Shown piece by piece: positions 36,701 through 45,523 of a DNA stretch of 52,974 nucleotides (positions are counted from its first letter, which is position 1; each line of letters starts with the position of its first letter). This stretch comes from a virus (taxonomy: Duplodnaviria > Caudoviricetes): positions 1 to 52,974 of IMG/VR virus record IMGVR_UViG_3300048837_000214. One strand, 5' to 3'. Below the pieces are notes generated by a model. The model had not been told where the DNA came from. It saw only the letters and a list, made by a program, of their open reading frames with translations, and did no database searches. Both the position numbers and the translations under genes were made by a program.

Positions 36701-36813
36701 TTGCGGGAGTTCTTTTCGAGTTCGCCAAGCGCCTTGTTGGCCGCGTCGATCTGGGTCTTATCGACCGGGAGGGAGACGCGGATTTCTTCGTTGTTGCCGC
36801 CGCCGGGACTCAT
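33733..36813 (-). CDS. tape measure protein
   Basis: 1026-aa Ala/Gly-rich helical protein with G-rich hydrophobic repeats, between the tail chaperones and Dit. Confidence 0.88.
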   Translation of the reverse strand: MSPGGGNNEEIRVSLPVDKTQIDAANKALGELEKNSRKIEVVQRSANSMRQIAERLERQSAGFGLTGNERAIAMARLSIDRLKSDEVLYARGQKALEGMIEKQKALASQTELTTKANESFFGSFLKAGVALEVLNRFGSGLQAIIVHTAKYAAATEMYGTAARAIARANNISADSIGELEKRLISLGITTQESRRAISQAITAGIGTTALPQLARMAQDVAVLNPTTTSSDTLVRMLYAIQSAQPEMLRTVGVNVNFEKSYSTFAKASNRTIDSLSENEKAQIRLQNVLEKGARFAGTYETALGDVGKQMQTMDRFAKEASNAIGENFLPALRAVVSTSMWALDIINKHPLVAQAVGIGSAAGAGAVIGGGVGFMFGNLPGAVAGAKLGAVVGGTTGFVSTAARMEEENARLSAARQAAILSNYGATGINLAGRNADGTWRSRVTPITREQRIGGMLSAAYGFVPQEKGGVDTGSNEKQKRIDAERFKIMESIAQVRERELTGIAKINAEHQKTLRQLKEEKLDTAQLVGLAGDLRRAKLEAFVADNARRVKDMRMEVGGGITAGTISSELNLGGPLGTQDALGLATYERFLANQKRFDQIGLLGKAAGFAIEEQSEIEKATKKSIDEQERAYDVMFNRLRSGFESTFDSIIRNGANAAQLLRNLFLSALLTPIKQAASAMFANLMMPLMGGRAYGSGGGGVMGGGGGMAPFGSLASMSTSALGAASMIGPGGTAPFVGGTGGPGFGTFAGFGGMFSNAKGSLATLGNLGRGVRYDDAGFAYQGTNGVGGATGGAMLAGGGILAADGLRRGGWMGLAETTAGGALIGAKFGGWTGAAIGAGIGFTVGLIRMMFKGAADKARAKIKTYYGIDISDKGILSQIVGLAKQSYGGNLDVAVRAREIRDLIELYAMSTGQRMTALDNRPMGVNLSQMGGSLYQTGSYSNGVGYNYGGSIAPVAGLSRFTTPTAAPIVLDSEGTKAFWSDVMATGIVQNPRAVQAASLSAQSQNYGRTSAAVNLTDPLGATI

Positions 36814-37280
36814 GCTGCACGCTCCGTCCGCACAATTCCGCCTGATTTCTTCGACACGTCAAACACGTACTTGACCAACACGCTCATGTCCTTCGGGCTG
36901 AGGCCCCACTGGCGCGACCGGCGCTGGTTGTAGCGCATCCGCCACGCCATTTTGGGGTCCGCAAAGCCGAGGATGCAGTAGTTGTAGCCGGCCTGAACGA
37001 CCTGCGTAGCTGATCGCATCCGCCCGGTGCGGAGCAAGTCGCGGATCGGCCTTGCGCCCCACCGCTTGACCTTGCGCAGCGGGTAGGACCGGCTGCCGTG
37101 CTCCTGGCCATCCTTGCGGTAGGCTTTGACGAGCGGCGGCGCCGGGGTGTCGTTGACGGTTTCGGCGCGGTTGAGCCGGTAGAAGATGGTGCTGATGGCG
37201 AAGTTGCCGATTCGGATCATGCGCTGAGGATCGAACTCAGTGACGACGAAACGGCGCGGGTTGATGATTTTGACCGGCAT
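36810..37280 (-). CDS. basic virion morphogenesis / tail completion-like protein
   Basis: PL...Y...K...L.RTG.M..A pattern reminiscent of tail completion proteins; Arg-rich. Confidence 0.55.
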   Translation of the reverse strand: MPVKIINPRRFVVTEFDPQRMIRIGNFAISTIFYRLNRAETVNDTPAPPLVKAYRKDGQEHGSRSYPLRKVKRWGARPIRDLLRTGRMRSATQVVQAGYNYCILGFADPKMAWRMRYNQRRSRQWGLSPKDMSVLVKYVFDVSKKSGGIVRTERAA

Positions 37281-37650
37281 GGCTTGAGGCTTTTATCTGG
37301 TCCCGTTCGTACTGCGCTCTCTCGGTCCTGACGATCTCCCGAATCACCCACTCCCAACAGTCAATATCGGACTCGCTCAACAGGTGAGCATCCATCTTGG
37401 CGTCGAGGTCGATGGCGCGACGGACGATCTCGCCCGCCTCGGAATCCATCGCCTCATCCAACTGCGCGACCTCGCAGTCGCCGCCGTGAACCCACCGGAT
37501 AGCAACCCGACCGCAGGAAGGACACGGCCCCGCACGAGAGAGGTCGATTGGGGTCCATGTCTCCCCGCACTCACGGCAGACTGCGGTGCGGCTCGGGCAC
37601 TTCGTGGGACTCTCACAGAGTTCCTCTCGGCGCAACTGGAAATAGAGCAA
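37237..37650 (-). CDS. tail assembly chaperone extension (gpT-like) candidate
   Basis: In the -1 frame of the upstream chaperone and open across its stop; TTG start without an evident SD; CRECG...CPSCG. Confidence 0.5.
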   Translation of the reverse strand: MLYFQLRREELCESPTKCPSRTAVCRECGETWTPIDLSRAGPCPSCGRVAIRWVHGGDCEVAQLDEAMDSEAGEIVRRAIDLDAKMDAHLLSESDIDCWEWVIREIVRTERAQYERDQIKASSHAGQNHQPAPFRRH

Positions 37651-37670
37651 ATACCGCGGCCCCGGCTGCT

Positions 37671-38279
37671 CTACGCGACCGGGGCCGAGATTTCCGGGCG
37701 TGGCTCCTGCATGATGGCGTCGATGGCCTCAAACAGTGCGTTGACCGCCGCCCACTTGTGGATCAGCGGCACCTCACCCTCGTAACCCTTGGACGAGACG
37801 GCGATGTCGTCGTAAAGGTCGCCGCTCGGCTCGATGAAAATCTTGGTGACACGCTCGCGGTTGCCGTCGATGCTGCTGGCCGAAGCGTTCTCATGCTTCC
37901 GCCTCTGCTTCGACGACGGGATGCGCAGGACGTGCTGAACGTCGCCGCCGATCACGGCCTGGTCGATGACAAAGCTGGCGCCCTGACGCTGAATCTCGTT
38001 CAGTTCGCACTTGGTCAGGCGGGTGATAACATCCTCGGACTCGGCGTCGTCGAAGGCGGCGCCGTCCGGATCCAGTCGGATCTTCGACAGCAGCGCGGCC
38101 GACGCCTTGTCGTTGTCGGGAAACTCGGAAACCGAGCGCCCGCCGCCCAGTTGCCGGCGAACGATGCGCCTGGCGCGAAAGAAGGCGGCCCACTCCTCAT
38201 CCGTGGGCCACCGCACTTTGCACTCCTTGATGCCGTCGCTGAGGATTTCGATGATGTAGGTATTGGTCTTTCGAAACAT
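37671..38279 (-). CDS. tail assembly chaperone (gpG-like)
   Basis: Position between the major tail and tape measure genes; GAAAGG RBS. Confidence 0.65.
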   Translation of the reverse strand: MFRKTNTYIIEILSDGIKECKVRWPTDEEWAAFFRARRIVRRQLGGGRSVSEFPDNDKASAALLSKIRLDPDGAAFDDAESEDVITRLTKCELNEIQRQGASFVIDQAVIGGDVQHVLRIPSSKQRRKHENASASSIDGNRERVTKIFIEPSGDLYDDIAVSSKGYEGEVPLIHKWAAVNALFEAIDAIMQEPRPEISAPVA

Positions 38280-38309
38280 TGTCTGCCTTTCTGTTTCAGC
38301 CGCGACCGT

Positions 38310-39347
38310 TTAGGAAGCGGCGGTTCCGATGTCGTCCGTGGCCGTCGTGACCTCGTAGGTCATGAGGCCATTCGCTGAGTGTTCAAGCAACTCCACGTCG
38401 ATCTGGTAGACCGGGATGCCGTCGTTGTCGGCAAGTTGGACCGCCCTGAAGACGCCGCGCTCAATGCTGATTTCGAGCTTGTGGTAAACGCCGGTGGAGA
38501 TCAGGGCGCCGGGGACCACGATGGATGCTGTCCCCTCGGTCAGCGCCGTAGCTGCCGCGAGCTCGCCGCCGCCGTCGACAGCCTCGACGACCAGTCGCAG
38601 GCTGCACATCGGGTCACCGCGGCGCATCCGATTACGAAGTTGGAAGCCGTCCTGAGTTCCGGAGCCGGGGAAATACCCGTAGTCGGCGCGGATGTTGTTC
38701 TTCCACATGAACTCAGCCGAAACGAAGCCCTTGTTCGACAGGTAGTTCGTGCCGAGAACCGTGCAGGTCGTCAGGCCGCCGGCGTTCAAGGAGTGCTCGG
38801 CTTCCATCGCGGGGAGTTCGATGGTAGACGGCGATGCGTACTTGCCGCAGCCAATCCACGAAGACCGCATCTGTGCATTCTGCCGACCAGGGCCAGAATT
38901 CAGCGAGATCGAGAACTCTTCGAGGCAGCATCCGATCAAACCGAAGTCAAAGATGTCCGACGCGCCCTGGCGCATCGCCTGAACGATGGTCGTGGCTGGC
39001 ATGTCGACGTCGAACGACGCGCTGGCCTCGCAGGTGTATTTGTAGCCGTCGCCAGCGTCTGCCTTGGTGGTCAATCCGATGCCGAAGACACCCAGCATCG
39101 CGGCATTCTCCGACGTGAGGAAGTATTCCCACGGGATGCCGGGATCCAAGTGGCTCTTGAAAAGGCTCGTGGCAAAGGGCGTACCGCGCCCGACGTCATC
39201 CTTGTCGGACTCGGTGACGGGGTTGGGCTGGCCGATGCTGCGGTTGTTCTGGTGCAGCCTCCAGCAATCAGCAGCGACGAGTGCGGTCTGAAGCGCGGCT
39301 TGCTTCTTGTACCCAATCGCCATTGCGAGTTCTCTGATGTCGGGCAT
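38310..39347 (-). CDS. major tail tube protein
   Basis: 345-aa beta-rich protein after the head-tail genes; AGGAG RBS. Confidence 0.72.
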   Translation of the reverse strand: MPDIRELAMAIGYKKQAALQTALVAADCWRLHQNNRSIGQPNPVTESDKDDVGRGTPFATSLFKSHLDPGIPWEYFLTSENAAMLGVFGIGLTTKADAGDGYKYTCEASASFDVDMPATTIVQAMRQGASDIFDFGLIGCCLEEFSISLNSGPGRQNAQMRSSWIGCGKYASPSTIELPAMEAEHSLNAGGLTTCTVLGTNYLSNKGFVSAEFMWKNNIRADYGYFPGSGTQDGFQLRNRMRRGDPMCSLRLVVEAVDGGGELAAATALTEGTASIVVPGALISTGVYHKLEISIERGVFRAVQLADNDGIPVYQIDVELLEHSANGLMTYEVTTATDDIGTAAS

Positions 39348-39371
39348 TGTGATTCTCCTATTGGGTTTGAG

Positions 39372-39851
39372 CTACGCGCCTTTTTCGACGAAGCGCATCG
39401 TGATCTCGAAATAGTCCAGAACCTTCGTCTCTGAGACCTGAAGGCTCATTCTGCGGATTGAGGGCGTTTCCATCCGGTGGAGCGCCGAGTTGACTTCGGT
39501 GAACAGCATCTTCTGGCCGCCCATTGCCGTTGGGATGCCGTTGACAAAGTTCGACCAGATATCGGAGATGCCCGTCGCCGTGCCGGTTTCGGGCTTGGGC
39601 CGAACGATGACGGCAAACTCGTGGACCCAGACCTCAGACAACCCGCGCCCGTAGGGTCCGGTTCCGTTCCAGACGACCAACATCCCCGGAGGTGGCAGAT
39701 CTTGAATGGCTTGGAACAACTGGACCGACTGCGGGAACGTATCGGCATAGGCCGAGATCCGCGTGGCCGTCCCGCCCATCGCCGTAACGAGCGCGGGGAT
39801 GGCGCGCAACGCCGTGACGATGTTGCCTGCGAGTGTGCTGGGTGCGATCAT
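39372..39851 (-). CDS. tail terminator-like protein
   Basis: Size and position between the head-closure and tail tube genes. Confidence 0.6.
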   Translation of the reverse strand: MIAPSTLAGNIVTALRAIPALVTAMGGTATRISAYADTFPQSVQLFQAIQDLPPPGMLVVWNGTGPYGRGLSEVWVHEFAVIVRPKPETGTATGISDIWSNFVNGIPTAMGGQKMLFTEVNSALHRMETPSIRRMSLQVSETKVLDYFEITMRFVEKGA

Positions 39852-40162
39852 GCGATTTTGTTGAACTCGATACGAACACTGCCGTCATCGCCGTAGTGCA
39901 GGGCGTAGGCCGTGTACCACGTCGAACCGATCTGGATCTGGTCACCCTTGGCCGGGGCTGTCGTGAAGTCGGAGAGAATGGCTTCAATCGACGGCCAGCG
40001 CCCGACAGCCGCGCTTTCCCGATCGGAGTTCCACCGCAAAACGGCCGTAACCTCCGTGCTGGAAATTGCACCGACGTGCCTGTAGGTGATCGACTGGCTG
40101 AACTCATTCTTTGCGGCGGGCCAGAAAGCCTCAGCAAAGATCGCGTCGAAATTGGACCCCAT
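39848..40162 (-). CDS. head-tail joining protein (lambda gpFII-like)
   Basis: 104 aa directly after the capsid gene; P.KGD.I.IG..WY.....DDG motif. Confidence 0.7.
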   Translation of the reverse strand: MGSNFDAIFAEAFWPAAKNEFSQSITYRHVGAISSTEVTAVLRWNSDRESAAVGRWPSIEAILSDFTTAPAKGDQIQIGSTWYTAYALHYGDDGSVRIEFNKIA

Positions 40163-40176
40163 GTGGTGACCTCTCT

Positions 40177-40207
40177 AAAAGTCGGGGCGACTCCGAAGAG
40201 CCGCCCC
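40177..40207 (-). terminator. intrinsic terminator after the major capsid gene
   Basis: GGGGCGGCTC-TTCG-GAGTCGCCCC hairpin followed by GACTTTT. Confidence 0.7.
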
Positions 40208-40231
40208 AGGTGTGCGGGAGTCAGGGTTGGG

Positions 40232-41230
40232 TTAGGCCGTCACTTTGACAAGCACCTCAGGGCGCTTGCAGATCGGCAGCGGATTGGACTCGGCCCAGAG
40301 GTCAACACCCTGGCCGAACGGCTTCATTTCCTGCCGCGCGTAGTACGGCAGGCCCACGGTGTTGGCGGTTTCGATGAAGTTGCCGGGAGCAAACACTTCC
40401 TCGAACACGTCGCCAGTCCCTTCGGGGAAAGCGTGGCCTTCGCCAGAAGCGATGGCGAGGCGGGAGGTGCCGTCTTTGTCGGTCCACGTCGCCGGGTATT
40501 CCTCCCAGACGATGTCGCCGTACTTGAAGCCGCTGCGGTAGTCGCTAGCCAGATCCTGGCTGAGGGCCTGGTACTGGGCGAAAGCCACCACCACATTGGG
40601 ATGCGAGGTCAGGGCATCGTAGAACGTGCCGTCCACCAAGCATCGGACGCGCGACATGGACTCGCCCTTGAGGTTGAGCTCCATGTGGCGCTTCACCTCC
40701 AGGCACTTCGCCCGGACGTCGGTTTCGTCATCATCGAGCGCGAAATCGACGGTCTTCTGGACGATGCTGAACTCCGTGTAGAGGTTGTACAGCGTCGAAG
40801 CGTCGGCGTCGAGGATGATGCCCTTGAGCGCGCCCATGCGGAGGTGCTCGCGGGTCTGATCGAGGACGTTCTTCATCTTCTGGAGTTTGGCCGCCATCAG
40901 TGACGCCTGGGTTTCCGTCGCGTTCTCGGACCCGAAGGCCCGGACGTTCTGGTAGTCCTCGGGCAGCAGCACGTCGGCGATGGGCAGGTGCGGGATCACA
41001 AACGAGCGCAGCGACCGCCTGTCGGCCGTCACCTTGTCGGCGGGCGCGCCACGCGGGCGGCTCCGCACGATATTGAGCGTCCCGTTGCGCTGTTCGACGA
41101 GCAGCGTCGTGGTGGTGATTCCGGACGGCTTGAAGATCGAGAGCGTCCGGTTGTACAGGTTCGGCAGCTTGTTGATGGCGGTCGTCATCGCCGCCATATC
41201 GAAGCCGGTTCCGGTGAATGGATTCGTCAT
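40232..41230 (-). CDS. major capsid protein (lambda gpE family)
   Basis: F...MT.AINKLP, T.EHLRMGALKG.ILDAD, A.FIETANT.GLPYY and SNPLPIC.RPEVL motifs. Confidence 0.92.
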   Translation of the reverse strand: MTNPFTGTGFDMAAMTTAINKLPNLYNRTLSIFKPSGITTTTLLVEQRNGTLNIVRSRPRGAPADKVTADRRSLRSFVIPHLPIADVLLPEDYQNVRAFGSENATETQASLMAAKLQKMKNVLDQTREHLRMGALKGIILDADASTLYNLYTEFSIVQKTVDFALDDDETDVRAKCLEVKRHMELNLKGESMSRVRCLVDGTFYDALTSHPNVVVAFAQYQALSQDLASDYRSGFKYGDIVWEEYPATWTDKDGTSRLAIASGEGHAFPEGTGDVFEEVFAPGNFIETANTVGLPYYARQEMKPFGQGVDLWAESNPLPICKRPEVLVKVTA

Positions 41231-41234
41231 GGTG

Positions 41235-41606
41235 TTACACCCCCTCCACGGCGACGATGCCCAAGGCCAGCAGGTCTGCCAGGCCGTTGGTTTTGTCGGT
41301 CGCGTCATTGTCCGTGTGCCAGGTCAGCCCGCCCTTCGAAACAGTGCAGGGACCGCGCACGATCGCCACGGCAGCCTTCGCCGCCAGGCTCGCATCCACC
41401 GCCTCCAGCAGAATGCCGGCGGCCGGGGTGTCTGTGTCGTCTTCGAAGGCGACATACGAGCCGTCGCCGCCGACGTCTACCGCGATGACGGTCCCGGCGG
41501 TGAGGTCTTCACCGGCCTTGATCGTGATCTCCGCGCGGCAATGGTTTGGGGCGCCGAACTCGCTGATGAGAAAGTCGCCCGGATAGTTCCCTTGCGTGAG
41601 AGCCAT
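41235..41606 (-). CDS. head decoration protein (gpD-like)
   Basis: GDFLISE...R..IT..AG..L.AGTV...AAGIL..VDAS...L.ALGI; between the protease and capsid genes. Confidence 0.82.
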   Translation of the reverse strand: MALTQGNYPGDFLISEFGAPNHCRAEITIKAGEDLTAGTVIAVDVGGDGSYVAFEDDTDTPAAGILLEAVDASLAAKAAVAIVRGPCTVSKGGLTWHTDNDATDKTNGLADLLALGIVAVEGV

Positions 41607-42011
41607 CTACTTTTTCTCCTTTCCCACGTTGGCGAGCTCGTCGCAAGCCTTGACGATGGGGCTGTTCTGAACATCGGTTTTCGCACCCTTCCAGCCGGGA
41701 TCGGACCCGGTTTCAGGAAGTACGTGCGAATGGATCTGAGCTTCGGCTTCCGCCGCCGCCCGTGCGGACAGCAGTTGCTTCCGCACTTCGTCGAGACTCG
41801 TCCCGGCCTTAATGAACGCCGCCGCCCTGCCAGCCATGCCGGCCAGTGCGCAGTATTCGGCCACGTCCGCCGCGAAGTTCAGCACGGTCGCCCGCGCCTC
41901 TTCCGCCGTGGACGGTTCCGGCTGTTCGACCGGAGGAGCCGCCGTCTCTTCGGGTTGCTGTTCGACGGGCTGCTCTTCGACGACCGCCGTTTCTTCTGTG
42001 GTTTCAGCCAT
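41607..42011 (-). CDS. nested scaffold protein (Nu3-like), in-frame internal start
   Basis: AGAGGGAGG SD precedes in-frame ATG 42011 (MAETTEETAVVEEQP...), an acidic helical tail. Same layout as lambda C/Nu3. Confidence 0.65.
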   Translation of the reverse strand: MAETTEETAVVEEQPVEQQPEETAAPPVEQPEPSTAEEARATVLNFAADVAEYCALAGMAGRAAAFIKAGTSLDEVRKQLLSARAAAEAEAQIHSHVLPETGSDPGWKGAKTDVQNSPIVKACDELANVGKEKK

Positions 42012-42914
42012 TCTGGAAACCTCCCTCTTTTGGTGTTGCCTCGTGGCGGTCCGCGCCGCTCGGCCCAAACTTGCCGCACCCTCGATGGCCCTGCGCATGT
42101 CAGCCAGCGCATCGGCCACCGTCCCGATCTCATCGGCGAACCCGACCTCGGTTGCGTTCTCGCCGAAAAACAGGCGAGCTTCCGTGTCTTTCACGTCGCC
42201 CACCGACATGCCGCGGTACGTCGCCACGGAGTTGACAAACATCTCGTAGCGCCAGTCGATCTCCTTCTGGAACACTTCGCTGGCTTCCTTGGACAGCGGC
42301 TGGTGCGGGTTGCCGTCAACCTTGCGTGCGCCGGCGAAGATGTACGTCGGCTTGAAGCCCTGCCGCTTGTTGAACTCGCTTTGGTCGACGTGCATGGCCC
42401 AGACGCCCACGCTGCCGACGCCACCGCTCGGGATGACGTAGAGACGTTCCGCTGAACTGGCGATCGCGTAGGCCGCGCTGAAGGCATCCCCATCCGCAAC
42501 CGCATAGACGGGCTTGGATCCGCGCTGAGAATAGATTAGGTCGCTCAGTTCGAAGCAGCCGACAGCCTCGCCGCCAGGAGAGTCGACCTGAAGTAGGATG
42601 CCGCGAATCTTGGGGTCTGTGACGGCATCCATGAAGTCGTTTTCGACCTCGCCGTAGGTGGTCGGGCCCCCACTTAGAAAGTCGCCAGAGGCCCGCTTGA
42701 CCAGCGGCCCCACGACGTCGATAACGCCGATGCCGTCGGCGGTGACGTGGTAAGGCTTGCGCGCGCGGCCTTCCTCGCCTGTAACGGGCGCGGCGGCTTC
42801 CATCTCAATGCCGAGGCGCGGCCCCAGGACCGACAGGATGACATCCATCTTGGAGCGCTCGATCAGCAGCGGAGTGCCGAAAAGCCGGGTTGCAAGATGT
42901 GACAGATTACCCAT
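41607..42914 (-). CDS. S49 prohead protease / scaffold (lambda gpC-like)
   Basis: L.VDSPGGE, A.SAAY.IAS, GSVGV and AG.RK.DGNP motifs; start MGNLSHL. Confidence 0.9.
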   Translation of the reverse strand: MGNLSHLATRLFGTPLLIERSKMDVILSVLGPRLGIEMEAAAPVTGEEGRARKPYHVTADGIGVIDVVGPLVKRASGDFLSGGPTTYGEVENDFMDAVTDPKIRGILLQVDSPGGEAVGCFELSDLIYSQRGSKPVYAVADGDAFSAAYAIASSAERLYVIPSGGVGSVGVWAMHVDQSEFNKRQGFKPTYIFAGARKVDGNPHQPLSKEASEVFQKEIDWRYEMFVNSVATYRGMSVGDVKDTEARLFFGENATEVGFADEIGTVADALADMRRAIEGAASLGRAARTATRQHQKREVSRMAETTEETAVVEEQPVEQQPEETAAPPVEQPEPSTAEEARATVLNFAADVAEYCALAGMAGRAAAFIKAGTSLDEVRKQLLSARAAAEAEAQIHSHVLPETGSDPGWKGAKTDVQNSPIVKACDELANVGKEKK

Positions 42915-44439
42915 TTTTGTTCGCTCCTGTCGGCTGCTCATTGGCGGCCGCCGCCTGTCCCGCTCCGTTATTCTGCGTCTGGCGCGGGTCCGAATCCGAC
43001 ACGATGCCGAGACGGTCGGCCCGTTCGTTGTCGGCCGCAATCTCGGCATCGACCTGCTCGGGGTCGTAGCCGAGTTCGTGGATCTGGGCAGTCCTGGACG
43101 TAAAGGAGCACCGCACGGCCTCCTTCGCCGCCATGACATCCTTCAGCGGGTCAACCCACGCCCATTTCGGGGTGCGCCATTCAACGCTGTAGAGGTCGTT
43201 CCATTCAGCCGGGGTTCGTGGCTTCGGCAGCACGCCCGCCAGTACGGCGTCCTTGATCCAGCGCCGCCAGATGGGGCGGCAAACCTGGAACGCCATCATG
43301 GAGAACTGCTTCTGCTCACACCGGCGCCGGAACTCGAGCAATTCGCTGCGCTCGCTGGCAAACGTCGAATCCGACGTGTCCCAGTTCAGGCGAGTGTAGG
43401 GGACACCCACGCCGCAAGCGATCATGCGCAGCATAGCCTTCACGAAGTCGGGAAAACTTGACGATGGATCGGGCGGGTTAGACCAGTCGAGCGTGCCGCC
43501 GCCAGCACTGAGGTCAAGGATAGTGGCCGGCTGAACCTCGCCGAACGCCACGCCAGCAGGGGCCGTCTCGCCTGAGTTGCTTTGCGACTTGGACATCAGG
43601 ACGGCGGCGATTTCATCGCTCATCGCCCGGTACCAGCCCACAAACATATTCGAGATCTTCTGTTTCTTCAGGGTCGCGTCGACGTACTGGTCGAGTTCCC
43701 AAAGAGCCACCATCACGGGCGCAAGCCACGGCGTTCCGCGCATCTGGCCCGCGCGCAGCACGTCGAACGAATGAATCACGTTGGCGGCATCCACCCGCAC
43801 GATCTCGCCGGGGTTCAAGCCCTTGCTCATGTGACCCAAACCGGGGTGCTCGCGGTACAGGTGATAGGCCGCACGCTTGCCGAACGGCGTGAACTCAATA
43901 CCGGAGCGAATGACGTTGTTGCCGTTGTTGCCGAACTGCGTCAGCGGCAGGTGCTCGGATTCGATGACTTGCAGTTGAAGTGGTACCGACAAGCCGTCTT
44001 CCTCAAACCGCGGTCGGAACCGAATCAGCGACTCGCCGGCTTCGAAGTTCTCACGCATCACTAGCGCCTGCAGGCCGTAGATGTCGGTCAAGCCATCCGC
44101 ATCAGCTTCGTCGGTCCAGCGCTTCCACGCCTTCTGGACAATGGCGCGAACGTCTTTATTGGGGTGCAGGGACTCCGGCTTGATGCCTGTCCCGATCATG
44201 TTGGCGACCCAGATCTCTTCGGCATTCTTGGCCCAGGAGTTCTTGCGAACCAGGCCACGGCTCTTGCTGCGGAGGCTGTCTCCCTCGCTTGCCATGAGCG
44301 TGTCGATAGCGGAGTCAAGTTCGGTCCAACCGGCGATCTGGTGGCCGCGCGAGGCCGCTTCAAAGCCGGAAGTTGAGCCCATGACGGCGCGACCGAAGGC
44401 TCTGCCCGCCTGCGTGATGTTGCGAAGGTATCTGTTCAT
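42907..44439 (-). CDS. portal protein (lambda gpB family)
   Basis: LR.KSR.LV..N.WA, GIEF...G...AYH, RAGQ.RG.PW and W.WVDPLKD motifs. Confidence 0.92.
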   Translation of the reverse strand: MNRYLRNITQAGRAFGRAVMGSTSGFEAASRGHQIAGWTELDSAIDTLMASEGDSLRSKSRGLVRKNSWAKNAEEIWVANMIGTGIKPESLHPNKDVRAIVQKAWKRWTDEADADGLTDIYGLQALVMRENFEAGESLIRFRPRFEEDGLSVPLQLQVIESEHLPLTQFGNNGNNVIRSGIEFTPFGKRAAYHLYREHPGLGHMSKGLNPGEIVRVDAANVIHSFDVLRAGQMRGTPWLAPVMVALWELDQYVDATLKKQKISNMFVGWYRAMSDEIAAVLMSKSQSNSGETAPAGVAFGEVQPATILDLSAGGGTLDWSNPPDPSSSFPDFVKAMLRMIACGVGVPYTRLNWDTSDSTFASERSELLEFRRRCEQKQFSMMAFQVCRPIWRRWIKDAVLAGVLPKPRTPAEWNDLYSVEWRTPKWAWVDPLKDVMAAKEAVRCSFTSRTAQIHELGYDPEQVDAEIAADNERADRLGIVSDSDPRQTQNNGAGQAAAANEQPTGANKNG

Positions 44440-44496
44440 GGTGGTGCGGCCCGGCGACCAGATCGAAACCTGGCCGCCGAGCCTTTCGTCAGGGGT

Positions 44497-45459
44497 TTAC
44501 TTCAGGGTCGGAACGAGGATGCCAACGGCCGCGCCGGCGCTGTAGACATTGCCGGCATCGGTCGCATTGAGATCGGTGGCCTGGAATGCGCTGTTGGCAT
44601 CCAGAACCACGTCGCCGCCGGCGGTGGCCGAGACGGAAAATGCGTAGGTCAACTCGACGCCGCTGACGTTGCGCGACTGGGAGTTGACGCCGACGCAGTT
44701 CTGGAACACCACGGCGCCGTCAAGCGAACTTGCGGCGGCGCGGAGAAACAGGTGATTGGTCGCGTGGGTCGAGCACAGCCGGAAACGGCAGTCCTTGAAC
44801 AGGATGTTCTTCGCAGTGGCCGCGATGAGCACCTGGCTGTTCGAGGCCGCGCCAAGCGCCGTGCGATCCGAGCCGATGGTGCAGTTGTGGAACTCGCACT
44901 CTTCGGCTCCGGACAACAGGAGCGAGTACGCCCCGGCGACGTCGTTGGTGGCCGCGCCCATGCCGAGGATGTGGCAGTTGTCGAAGCGGTTACGCGCGCC
45001 CGTCACCGACACTGCGCCCAGCGGCGTGGTGCTGGTGACGCCCATGTAGATGGCGAGGTTGGCGAAGTAGCAGCCGTTCGCCGAAACCGTGAAGATCGGA
45101 GTCGCGGCGGCGTAGGCCGAAGCCGGCGCGATGCGCGACCGCGGCGACATGCTGACGCCCGAGTTGACGCCGATCAGGTGGACGCCATCCTTGTTCCAGT
45201 TCAGCGCCGTGGCCTGGTAGTCGGTGGTCTGCGCCGAGGCGTTGGACTCGGCATAGAGCAGCACGACGTCATTCTGGTTGGCGGTGGCCGATGCCAGGGC
45301 CTTGGCGAGAGTCTTGTACGCCCCGCTCGGGCTGCGCCCCGTGTTGGTGTCGGAGCCGCTGTACGGCTTGACGTGGAAGATGTTGCCCTGCGTGAAAGCC
45401 AGCCAGGGCGGAAGGCCCGGCATGACGGGGAAGCCATTGATGCGGACTGCTCTCTTCAT
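44497..45459 (-). CDS. pectin-lyase-fold beta-helix protein in the head module
   Basis: FHV....GSDTNTG.SP..AYKTL.KAL...DVVL cap, then repeated F.NC beta-helix rungs; AGGAG RBS; no signal peptide. Confidence 0.72.
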   Translation of the reverse strand: MKRAVRINGFPVMPGLPPWLAFTQGNIFHVKPYSGSDTNTGRSPSGAYKTLAKALASATANQNDVVLLYAESNASAQTTDYQATALNWNKDGVHLIGVNSGVSMSPRSRIAPASAYAAATPIFTVSANGCYFANLAIYMGVTSTTPLGAVSVTGARNRFDNCHILGMGAATNDVAGAYSLLLSGAEECEFHNCTIGSDRTALGAASNSQVLIAATAKNILFKDCRFRLCSTHATNHLFLRAAASSLDGAVVFQNCVGVNSQSRNVSGVELTYAFSVSATAGGDVVLDANSAFQATDLNATDAGNVYSAGAAVGILVPTLK

Positions 45460-45523
45460 CGTGTTGCTCCTATTTGATCGATCGTCAAGCCGTTTGCGTC
45501 GGGGTCGCCCGGCGGCCTGCGGC

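Noticed and set aside
44440-44496. Hammerhead ribozyme (CTGACGA present)
   Set aside because: No GAAA after the following stem and no stem I/III arrangement.
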